Positions 26,401 through 37,951 of a DNA stretch of 64,000 bases are shown here, in pieces. The position numbers and the translations under genes are program-made. Below the pieces are notes generated by a model that saw nothing but the letters and a program-made list of their open reading frames with translations, was not told the DNA's origin and ran no database searches. The stretch comes from Nageia nagi. Lineage: Eukaryota > Plantae > Pinophyta. The stretch spans positions 58,962,001 through 59,026,000 of the forward strand of contig JBITNC010000001.1 in NCBI GenBank assembly GCA_050084985.1, read 5' to 3'. Every line of letters begins with the position of its first letter. The stretch's first letter is position 1.

Positions 26401-28488
26401 CATCATTGTTTCCAAATCTTACTGACCCACCTTCATATTCCTGTAGTTTTTGAAATTTCTTCTTGTCACCTGTCATGTGACTTGAGCATCCGCTGTTTAA
26501 TATCCATGGTGATGGTTTGTCTTGAGCTTTTAATGCTGTTTGAACGATTAAGGACTCTTTATCCTCTCTAAGTTTCTCCTTTTCTTTCCAGACTTGTTTT
26601 ACTTTTATTTTAGCTTCTTATTTTTTATTATTCTTTTCTACTTCCTGTGGATGACTGCTCTAAAACTGTTTATTCTGTCTTATGGAAGGAAATTGTCTCG
26701 GTGGAAAGAACCTCATGCCATGATTATTTCTGTAGAATCGGGCAATGTGTCCATATTCATGACAGTTGTAACACTCAACAGGATACTCCATTAGTGGGCC
26801 GAATGCATTCCTAGTAACAAAGGTTCTTGGAGTGATATTATACTTACATTCAGAAATTTTGTGTCCATATGCATTGCATTTGAAATAGTATCCATTGAAG
26901 GGATGGATGTATCTATTATATTGCTGAGTACTTCTTGGTCCTGCATAGGGTCTTCTTCTGGAATGCACTTGAGTGAAGCCATCATCCTCTAGTCCTGAGC
27001 TATCTTCCTTCTTCTTGGTTTCTTTTATGTTTTCCCTTTTATGTCATTGGAAGATTGTCCTTGTTCATATCCTAGACCAGATTTATCAGAAAACATTCTT
27101 TGACTGTTAATGATTTCACTGAGTTTAGTCGACCTTCCTTCTAGATATTCAAAAGAGCTGATTCTCTTGGTGACTTCCTCTAGTTGCATACGTAGCCCAG
27201 TTATTTCTTCTTCAAGCTTACTGCAATTTTTAACTTTCATAAGAAGTTGTTCCTCCAAACTCTCATTTATCCTCTTAGATTCTTCCACTTCTATTTTTAA
27301 GGTTTCTATAATATTACTTGCATCATCAAACCTTTTTGAGAGTTTCTTATTTTTCTTTACTTCTTTATTCAGTTCATTCAATGCTATTATTAGTTCTTCT
27401 TCAAGATCAATCTCAATCTCAAAGCCATTTTCTTCATCTGTCTCTTCCTTTTTATGTTCTTGGGCATTTTGATTATCTTCATTCAGTTTCTCTTCAAATG
27501 CCATAAACAATGCTCCATTGTATTCTTTTTCTGATTCATTATTGGAATCATCATCAGTGGAGCCTTTATTTCTAGATATGAAGCTCTGTCTATTTGACCT
27601 TCTATTTCGAACATGAGATTTCATTTTGTGGTTTTTCTCAAAATATGATTCTTGATCATCTTTATCAGTTTTTCTATATGGACATTTTGAAATGAAATGA
27701 CCAATACCACCATAGTTAAAATATTTAAACGGTAGCTTGCCTTCATATTTACCTTTTCCCCTTTTTAGCTTTCTAACAAAATTTGCTTCTGCTCCATCAG
27801 ATTATTCTTCATCATCAGAATCTATTTTGGCTTTGGTACTATTGTTGGCTTTAAACGCTGCTTCCTTTTCTAAATGCTTTGCTTTTCCGATCCTCATTTC
27901 ATAAGCAGTCAGCGATCCATGCATTTCATCCAAGCTGAAAGTTTTCAAATTTTTTGCTTCTTCAATAGCAGACACCTTTGAATCAAAGTGAGATGTGAGA
28001 GATCGCAGTACCTTTTTCACAATGACATGATCTTCAATTTCTTCCCCAAGACCTCTGATTGCATTAGTAATTTCATTTACTCTCAACATGTATGCTTCGA
28101 TGGTTTCATCTTCATTCATCTTTAGAACTTTGAATTGAGCTCTATAAGTTTGGAGTTTTGCTTCCTTGACTTTATCATCTCCTTCGTGAATGCTCTTCAA
28201 CTTATTCCATATTTCTTTTGCAGATTTGCATGCCATAACTTTCACCAGTTCGCTATCCACTAAACCACACATTAGAGCATTTCTTGATTTTGCATCACAT
28301 TCAAATGCCTTTCTTTCTGCTTCATCTAATGGACCTGTAGGGGGAGGAGTGTATCCCCTTTTAACAACATCCCAAGTACCAAAACCCAATGCATTGAGAT
28401 AAGTCTTCATTCGAATTTTCTAGAAAGCATAATTATTTCCATCAAAGAGAGGTGCTTTGTTAGATGAGAAACCTTCTCCGCTTGCCAT
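23414..28488 (-). pseudogene. gag-pol: Copia Gag-Pol polyprotein (UBN2 gag, CCHC knuckles, coiled coil, protease, GAG-pre-integrase, rve integrase, RVT_2 RT, RNase H), with about 10 stops and one frameshift near 27020
   Basis: ORF-track pieces 27802-28410 (gag), 27025-27624, 26660-26968, 25553-26476 (WHKRLGH, HTDLCGP, IDDYSR, TPQQNGVVERKNR), 24491-25543 ([28 protein letters not shown]) and 23714-24427 (YVDDIIF, SDADWAG). ATG at 28488, stop at 23414. Confidence 0.95.
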
Positions 28489-28552
28489 AGTGCCACTACC
28501 AGGATCTCCTTAGCTGTTATAGCCTAAGTAGGAACCTTGCTCTGATACCAAT

Positions 28553-28718
28553 TGTTGGACTTCGAGTGACACTAAGAGGGGGGGGGTGAATCAGTGTATA
28601 TAAAAATAATCAATTTAACCTTCTTAAATAAAGATAGATTAAAAGCCAAAACCAAATGGACGCGAAGACACAGCCAAAACCACGTGTTGACAACAATGAC
28701 AATCACCCATGCTCAACA
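28553..28718 (-). repeat. 5' LTR, internally deleted (166 bp)
   Basis: It equals the first 98 bp plus the last 68 bp of the 1719-bp LTR, joined at AGCCAAA, with 2 substitutions in 166 bp. Confidence 0.95.
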
Positions 28719-31058
28719 AAAAATAGAGAGTGAAGACTGTTGAATGTTGGTGTATGCCTTTGATTTCAAAGTAGCTTGAAATAAAATATATGTACTTAGG
28801 GGGATCTTACAAAATCTCTATATCATTGGTGTTAAAGGAGGAAAATAATTGGAAGTACTAAATATTATTACTAATTATTCATTGGATAAGTGTTGATATC
28901 AAAGCCTAGGATGGAATGCATGGTTTCATGTCTATGTGTCATTGGTACCACTCATGGTGTTTGATATAAATGGTGCTATTTTGTGGTAATGGAGATTGAT
29001 TTATCCCTCTGAGTTGGTTTAAAACTAGTAGTTGAGGTTTAAATATGAAGTGATCTTTCTTGGATGAAGTAATCTATATATTGTTGTTATCATAATGTTA
29101 TGTATTAGAATTCCTTTTTTGCATATTTATCATGGAGACTTATATGTATATTGATGCCATTAGTATTGTCATAGTAGATATGCTAATGGGATAGGTTGAA
29201 GTGCTCATGGTAAAGATTCTAATGTGCTTCTTATGTTTTTCAGGATGGTGTTGCTACTAGTATGAAATTATATTATTGATTCATATGGAAGTGAAGATGC
29301 TAATGTATTGGTTTAGTAATCTATATTGAAGTGGAATTGTTGGAGTTATTGTTTGTTTAGTTAAGTGATTTGTACTTATATAGTGTTATTATGATAAAAG
29401 CTTGCATCATTTCCATTGTTTACAAAAAGGGGGAGAAGAGCATGACTAGAGTTTCAAAAACAATATGAAAGGTGGAGATTGTTGACCTATGGTGTTATCA
29501 TTATTGTTAAAGATATAAAAATGATAAAAAGGTACTGTTAAAGTTGATAAATATATATCCCATCACAACATCAAATGTGTATATGAATCCATATTGTCAA
29601 TGAAGGTAATATGAAGTTGAGTGCAAAAATACAAACATGGTTGTGCAAATGTTGCTTGCTATGGTAGTGTAGTTATGAACAACCAGTAGTAAAGATCTTA
29701 TTGTTGAATTATAATCATCATTGAATGATATTATTGAGTGTAAACAATTGATAATGAAATATAGGTTACCAAAAGTAAATATATGCCATGCCAGGTGAAA
29801 GTTATATAATAATGGATAATGAATAAGTGTAGTCACATTATGATAGGTAGAAAGAATGGATGCAAAGTGCCTTGATATTAATGCTACCAACTATTATTGG
29901 AAGATATATGATGTGGCTAGGTAATTAGAAAATGTTGTCACTAGGTATTAATATTGGTTACCAATAGGTTAAACAAGTGAATACTTAGAAGAGTATTGTA
30001 AGAAGTGTATTATCAGATGATGATATCAGCAGAGATATCTTTATTCAAATTCTTGTATGGCTAGGTGCTTAACATAGATGTTGTTATGTTGATCAAGTGA
30101 ACACATAGATGAATGAAGAAAATAGACTAATTTTAGCACATGATGTAAGCATGGAGAAAGTTATCCAAAATACACTATGTTTAAAATCATGGTTAGACAA
30201 TCAAAGAATCCATAAACTTCAAAATCAATAACCATTAATATTAAAAAGGCATCTATTAGATGACATCACGATTTTTATGGTTGATCAAAATACACTAAGT
30301 TCAATTATGTGCATGATAGAGTATAAAAAAAAGGTGTTAAGGATCACTGAAGGAAGAAGACAACACATACAACCAAGGGGTGACATAAGAAATATGAAGA
30401 TGACCTAAATTATTCTAAGTTTGATGAAGCAAAAAGGAGGGCACAAAGGAGTAAGCATTATAGATTGGTAAGATAAAGAAATAAAAGAAGATATTGATGA
30501 ATGATGCCAACATAATGAAGATATGTAAAAATTAATTAATTCTAATAGCGAGGCTCATGAGAGACTAAGGATGAGTACATGTAAAGAAGAAAGAATAAAT
30601 AGCCTTCAATGGATGACATCAACTAATGGATGATGTTCAAAAATACAAAGGATCCAATGCCTTAGGTGGAAAGGAAAGAATGTGGAAAAATTAAGGATCA
30701 ATAGAACTCATAATTAGAATAGGTTTTTATGAGTAACATAAAAAATTCAATGATACAAAAAATGGTACTAAGTTCAATGATATAGTTGAAAAGGCTTAAA
30801 AGTGATCAAGTTTAAGTACTAGTAAAGAACATAAAGTGAAGAATTAAGGTAAGTTACCAACAGGTGATATCATCAATGTAAAAATACACTGATTCTAATA
30901 ATTTAAATGAAATGGCTTGAAGGTAATCAAATTTAAATACTGGTGAAGTGATTTTAGTGAACAAATAAAGAAATAATTCTAGCAGGTGATGTAACTAGTC
31001 CATGCAATGAGTTTTCTATATAGAATTGGTAGTTCAAGTATTGATAAAGAGTTTACAG

Positions 31059-31525
31059 TACCTATGATGCACCTTATTGGAGTCATAAATTTTGATCATG
31101 ATGTTCATTTGACTTGAAATTTAATGCTAGACCTTCCAAAAATCATGTTTTTGGGACCTAACTCTACCATATAGCATCCCAAAGTTAGCATTTACTTTAT
31201 GTTCTCCAAATTTTAAGGTTTTTTGCATGTTAGAACTTTAATATCTTTTGTTTTACATTTAGTTAAGTATGAATATTTTAAATTAAGGCTAATTATTATA
31301 AGGGGATGCAGATGCAAATTTTGGGGGCATAATCTGACTCATTTCTATCTTTAGTAGGTTTCTATTTTTAGAAGGTTACTATATGAAGGATTGTATTCTC
31401 TTTAAGAAGAATGTTGAATTCAGAAATGAGAAGATAATCATTTACAAGTTTCTTCATTTATAATACATTTATGTGATTGGAGTCCATTCTGTTGGTCATT
31501 TGCAATTGAATTCATATAAATTTGA
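31059..31525 (+). repeat. About 470-bp insertion in the 3' LTR, homologous to 44155-44580
   Basis: It is absent from the partner LTR at about 17778. It shares TATGA.GCACCTT.TTGGA..CATAA.TTTTGA, GGACCTA.CTC..CCATATAG.ATCCCAAA.TTAGC and AATATTTTAAATTAAGGCT with 44155-44580. Confidence 0.75.
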
Positions 31526-32455
31526 CTGAATCATCAATGATATATTAGATGTTGTACCAAAGGAGAATATACTAAAGATCACTACAAGGAACCATATGAT
31601 TAGTTAAACCTATATGCAATGTATTGCAAATAGAGAATAAGAGTGTACAAGATATGAGGGATTGTAACTAGGGTTTGAGCTAAAATGAATATAATTAAAT
31701 AAAAAAGATGAATGGGAGGTTATCTTGTTCATGAGGCATGAAAGTGTATGAGCTGCAGTAAGTATGCTTGAATGAAATACTTAAATAAGTTGTATTATTT
31801 TGGAGTATAAATGTTGTGGAGGTCCAAGATAAGAATGACTACATTATCTAAAATAGTGAGTGAGATATCTATGATGATATGTAGAGATAGATCGGCAAAG
31901 GTAAGAGTGTATTAGCTATGAATATTTATTGCAAGATTCAAAAAGAGGTAACCTGAGGTGAATTTTGATGAGCTATAGATGAGGAAGGTATTTATGAATA
32001 GTATAGTGAATGCATATTTTTATATCAAGCTAATTATTAATTTTTGAAGTCCAAGTTGTTGCTCCTTCCAAATGCTATTATTAAAGTAGGGGTTGATGCT
32101 CCTTCTTATTGTTATTGGTAAACCAAGGGTTGGTGGGGTTGGTGTTTCTTTTGATTGGAATAGATAAAGGAAGGGTTGGTGTTCCTTTAGGTTAGTACTA
32201 GTAAATAATTATAAAGTTGGTGCTTTATAGGGGCTGGATTTAGACCATGATCAGAGTAGTATTATCTAGGGATGTATCTATATGGGTGAACCTCATTATA
32301 TCTTATATTATGTAATGCTATCTTAATGTGCTTGCCTTGCTTTGGTCTATTTTAGTTTTAATATTACATGGTATTAGTTTTATAAGATTAACATTTAAGG
32401 TTTCAATGTATAACACAATGATTAATTCCCTCTCAATGTCAATGTGTGATTAATA

Positions 32456-32760
32456 ATATCATCAAGTTAAATGTCATTCAACTAAAGGGTGTGTTGAAAT
32501 GAAAAAGAAATTGCATGAGCTCTTAGAAACTAGAATGTTCAATTATGATACTAAAGAAGGACTTAAAAGTGAATATGAAGAGTATCATGATTATAACAAA
32601 ATGATAAATATGATCAACATGGTCAATGAAGAAGGAGATTGTGCATATACCAAACCAAGAAAGAAAGGAGATAAGACTAACATTATCATTGATGAGTTAT
32701 ACATATACCAAACCAAGAAGGAAAGGAGATAAGACTAACATTTGGTTATCATTGATGAGT
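32456..32760 (+). pseudogene. gag: Ty3/Gypsy gag remnant, right part
   Basis: Continues 15560-16324 across the TSD: HQVKCHSTKGCVEMKKKLHELLE. Confidence 0.55.
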
Positions 32761-35121
32761 TATACATAATATTTTCAAGAATTTCATTGTTAATACTAAC
32801 ATTATCATAAGTGGTCTTACAGAAATGTTTTATTCTTTCAATAAGGATAATTAAGAAGATTTTGCATCTAAAGCTATAAAATATTAAATTGAAAGTGTAT
32901 CAGAAAAAGAACCTAAAAGTGAGTTTGGAAATGAAGACCAAGAGTATTCCATCCATGATAAAGATAAAGAAGAAAGTTTGTTGGAATAAGAAGATGAAAT
33001 TACAAAATTTGATAAACATTTTGAAGACATTGCTTAGGTAAATCAAAATTTTGAGGCACTTTCATATCAAAAACTAAATAAACACCAACAATCTAAGAGA
33101 AGCATCGATATTAGGGGTAGCATTAATGCTATCATCATAGAACTATGGTATGTAATGATATAGACCTATGGTATGTAATGGTATTTAGGACACATGGATA
33201 TTCTATGATAGTCTGCTAGTAGATCTTCATCATCTAATTCAGCTAGAGATATAACAAATTAAATAGGAACAAAGGTTGTAAAGTTTGAACTTGTATCATG
33301 CATGAAACACACGTGGCACTCCCACAAGATCCTCCTAGCAAATGAAGGATGGAAAACCATTCATGTTAGCATATGAAAAAATTATGTACCATCCAAAGTA
33401 TGGATTTATTTTGCCTTACTTTATTTTTAGGATGAAAAGAAATAGTACTTTGTTAGCACCTTTTGAAGTGTAAATTTCCTTCATATTATGGTATTTTTGA
33501 GATGTAGAGAAATGTTGTGATATCATCAATATTCAAAGTGTATATTTCCTTCATATTATGGTATTTTTAGGGTGTGGAGAAAGGTGGTGATGTCAACAAT
33601 ATCCAAAGTGTGGATTTCCCTCATATTATGGTGGTTTTAGGGTGTGGAGAAATGTGGGAGCATTAACAATATCCAGAGTGCACATTCTTCAGTAGACACT
33701 ACATAATAACCTGGATTCGATATAGATTCCATTAGGGAGAATGTAAAAGAGTTTATCTGGCCATACAAGGGCTTATGCAAAGGTGTAATTGCTTACATGG
33801 AGATAAAATATGTTATGCAAATAGGTAAGGGATTATGTAGAAGTTGATGTAGAGTTCCTAAGTCATTATGCAAATAGCCCAAATCTTATGTGAAGTAGAT
33901 TAATGTTATGTAAAGGAGAAAAATAGTATGCAAAGGGAACACAGCCTTATGATGAGATATTATGTAGAAGTTTAAGATATTATAAGGTTGAGAAATGTCT
34001 TGTATAGTGATGGAACTAGAAATATGTAATATCAAAATCTTAAGTGGAGGCTCAAGTGCTTATGCAAAGAAGGAAGGCTTATATGGTTAGGTGTTATGCA
34101 AAAGCTAGAATATTGTGTCAAGCTACAAAGTGTTATGTAGTAGTTTATAGTTTTATGCAATAGTTTAATGTATTATACAATAAAGCATATATTCTAGCTT
34201 ACAATTATGGGATTATTTGTAAAACACTTTTGAAGTTTTGATTGCTCCTTGGATACTTTTATCAAGTGTTGTAGTTACTTTAGGATGTTACAACTTCTTG
34301 AATTTTTAGTTTTGTAACTAAAACAAAACCACTTGTAACTGAAAGTAAAGAAATTAGAGAGTAGTTACAATGATGATGGATTGAAGAGAAGATATATACA
34401 AAAACATTATGTTTAAGTAGTTGCTATGAATATATAATAAAATGAGAAAAACTTTAGTTGAGGGAGGATTGTAATATTTTTGATAAAAATATTAGTATTT
34501 TGTATGTGAAAGGGATTGAAATACATATGAGCTACAATATGGTGAGGTGAATATATGTGAGTAGACTACCATTAATAATAAGAAGATAGCATAATGGAAA
34601 TGAGGGTAGAATAATGGCTATAACTATTGATTGCATATTTCTTGAAGAGATAATCAGGTGATGAATGTGTATGAGCTAAAGATCATTAAAGGATATATAT
34701 ACATTAAAGTCATTTTTATATTAAAATTATGAATCATATTTGAATTCTAGGTTGTTGCTTGGATCTAGGGTTGGTGTTCCTTATAGTAGGTGTTGTACAA
34801 ATAAGGTGTTGGTGCTCCCTCCAAATGATGCTTTACATTGGTTGGATTTGGACCATGATCCAAGTAGTCTTATTTGTAAATGTATCCATATTAGTGAACC
34901 TCATTACATATTATGTTGAGTGATGTTCTTTTGTCATGTTGGTTTACATGATTTTATTATTATACTATTTTATTTTATGTGGCAAAGTTAAAGTTTTAAG
35001 TTTGAATTTACCATGCTGATTCACCCCCCTTATCAGTTTCACTTGGTGTTTATCAATTGGTATAAGAGGTAGGCCTTTGTATCAGGACTAATTGAATAAG
35101 GGTGATCCAAGGAGTGATATT

Positions 35122-37951
35122 ATGACAAGTGGAGAAGGTTTCTCATCAAACAAAGCCTCTTTATGTTATGGAACAAATTATGCTTTTTGAAAGATAAGGA
35201 TGAAAGCTTATATATGTGTTCTTCATTTTCATATTTGGGAATCAGTATCATCTAGTTATATAGATCCTACTACTCCTCTAACTAATCCAACTAGAAATAA
35301 AAAATATGATAATGAATCAAAGGCTAGAAATGCTTTAATGTGTGCTTTGGTTGATAGTGAACTAGTAAAGATCTTAAGTTACAAATCAGCTAAAGAAATC
35401 TAGGATAAACTAAAAAAAATCTATGGAGGAGATGAAAAAATAAAAAAACTAAGCTACAAACATTCAGATATCAATTTGAAAGTTTAAAAATGAATAATGA
35501 AGATGATATGTATACATACTTACTTAGGGTAAATGAAGTGATAAATAGAATTAGAGTATTAGGGAAGAAGATAGAATATAAGGTGATAGTTAAGAAAATT
35601 TTGAGATCCTTAGTACCAAGATTTGATCCAAAAGTGTCTTCCATTGAAGAAGCAAAAGATGTAGGTACATTCTCAATGGATGAAATGTATGGTTCTTTAA
35701 CAACATATGAAATGAGAATAGGCAAAACTAAGTCTACTACTAGAGAGTCGGTGTTTAAATCATAAAAAATTACTAAAGGCAAATTGGATCCTGAGGAAGA
35801 AGATATATCTAATTTCATTCAGAAGCTTAAAAGGGGATAAAGAAAATACAAAGGAAAATGACCTTTAAAATTTTTCAGTTGTGGTGTATTAGTCATTTGC
35901 CCAAAAATTTCCATATAGAGAAAAGAATTATAATGATGACTACATAAGAAAATCAAGGAAAAGTAATTACAAAAATAAAGATAGAACTTATAAAAAGCAA
36001 AATTTTAGTAAAAAGAAGTCTCATTTCTAATGAAAGTGAAGATGAATCTATTGATGGTTCAAATAATGAATTTGAAGATGAATCTATTGATGGTTCAAAT
36101 AATGAATCTAAAGATGAACATGCTAAAGCCTTGTTTATAGCCTTTATAACCAATAATGAGAAAAACAAAATGTTGAAAATCTTGATGAATGTGAAGAAGA
36201 AGTTGTAGTTGATCTACAATTGGAGCTAATAGCTTCTTTAAATGATCTTGATAATGAAAGAAGAAAGTGTAAGAAATTGACCAAGAAATTAAATAATACC
36301 AATGATAAAATTAAAGAAATAAAAGCTTTGTTAGAAGAGTTCTAAGTAATTGAAGAATCTCTACAAGTTTAGTTGATTTATAGAATAGACATCTATCAAA
36401 ACTTGGAAGAGGAAGTTATCATTTTAAGTTAAGAGATTGAAAAGATATCTCAACAAGTTAAGATAAATGTTAAGTTTGTCCAAAGTTTAAAATAATTTGT
36501 TCAAATACTAAGAGCATAGAGACATCCGAAAATAAAATTTGATGTAGGATTTGAGCTCCTAGAAACCTCAAGGGTAGTTGAGCAATGCCTACTCAACACT
36601 GAATCAAAATATACTCAATTTGATAGTAAAATTAAATAAGAGGTAAATAATAATCAATCTATTGATGGTCAAGAAGATAGTAATGATGGTTTCATCCAAG
36701 TTGACAAGAAAGCAAGGAGAATGCCAAGAAGAACAACAAGCCAAGTTTATCAACAAAATAGGTTTTTAAATTTCTATTCTAATTATGGAAATCAATTTTG
36801 TGTCTATTGTTATAAATGCAATTCTTTTGGTCATAAGATAACATTTTGTAGAACGAATTCACATCCAATAAATTTTGTGTAAAGAAATGGTTTCACTCCT
36901 TTTATAAATTTCATTATGGAATGCTATAAATTCCATAATTATCGGTATATGGTAAATTTTGTAGAAGCAAGTTAACCAATTTATCCAATACGAATAACAA
37001 ATATCCTAAAATATTTGAGCCAAAAGCTAAAGTGAATAATATTGTAATTAAAGGAGTCTAGAAAAAGAAAGATAACAATGTAATTGAATCATTCATTTTT
37101 CAAGTAGCTCCTAAAGTTGAGAAGAAACCAAGAGCATGGATTATTGATAGTGTCTACACAAAGCACATGACTAGAGACAAACAAAACTTTGAAAATCTAC
37201 AACAATATGAGGGATCAATCAAGTTTGGAAATAATAATCTTGCCAAAATAGTTGGTAAAGGAATTATGCAAATGGAAAATAGAAAGGTGAAGTCTATAGA
37301 AGCTTTATTTGCTACTGGTTTAGAACATAACTTATGGAGTGTAAGCCAAATATGTGACAAAGGTAATGATGTGATCTTCAAAAAGCATGGGTGTGAAATA
37401 AGAAGATCGAAAAGTGGATGACTTGTAGAAACTAGAAGAAGGACAACTAATAACTTGTATACTATAATTGAAATATTTGAAGGATCTTATCTGTTTGGAC
37501 AAGAAAACACTACTTGGTTATGGCATAAAAGACTTGGACACATCAATTTTGAAAATCTGAAAAAAATTAGTATAAAGGAGGTAGTAAGGGATATGCCAAG
37601 AATCTCCAAGCCTTATAACAACATATGTTCTTTATGTTAGAAATGTAAGCAAACTAGGACCTTTTTCAAGACTAAAGAATATCATTCTAGCAAACCCCTT
37701 GAGTTAGTTCATACTGATTTATATGGACCTACCAAAATTCAAAGTATACATGGACATAAATACTTTATGTTATTTATATATGATTACTCAAGAATGATAT
37801 GGGCAGACTTCCTTAAATTCAAATCTAAAGCTTTTGATATATTTGTGAGTTTGAAGAATATGATTAAAAATTAGACTAGTAGAAAAATCAAATATCTCAA
37901 ATCAGATAGAGGAGGAGAATTCATTTCTAAATCATGGAATTAGAAGATAAT
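35122..37951 (+). pseudogene. gag-pol: Copia gag-protease-integrase, left part
   Basis: ARNALMCALVDSELVK, KVSSIEEAKD, WIIDSV, WHKRLGHINF, HTDLYGP, DRGGEF; many stops and frameshifts. Confidence 0.9.

Larger units (their letters stand above)
21473..28718 (-). mobile_element. Full-length young Ty1/copia LTR retrotransposon (Sirevirus-like features)
   Basis: TG..CA termini, AAAAA TSD (21468-21472 / 28719-28723), PBS TGGTATCAGAGC (tRNA-iMet) next to 28553, PPT next to 23191, gag-PR-IN-RT-RH order, and a C-rich ATTCACCCCCCCCCTCT motif at the LTR 3' end. Confidence 0.97.
16325..32455 (+). mobile_element. Old non-autonomous copia-family LTR element with about 3-kb LTRs (16325 to about 19303; 29480-32455) and a gag-like-only interior, interrupted by the copia at 21473-28718
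   Basis: Both LTRs start TGTTGA(T/C)CTATG and are colinear. PBS TGGTATCA lies at about 19308, PPT AAAGGTGGAGAT precedes 29480, and the TSD is ATATT/ATATC. The interior has coiled-coil and three degenerate CCHC knuckles (19860-20676) but no pol motifs. Confidence 0.8.

Noticed and set aside
24731-28402. Plus-strand ORFs overlapping the copia (24731, 25496, 26097, 26594, 27110, 27318, 28190)
   Set aside because: They are antisense shadows of gag-pol with no recognisable motifs.
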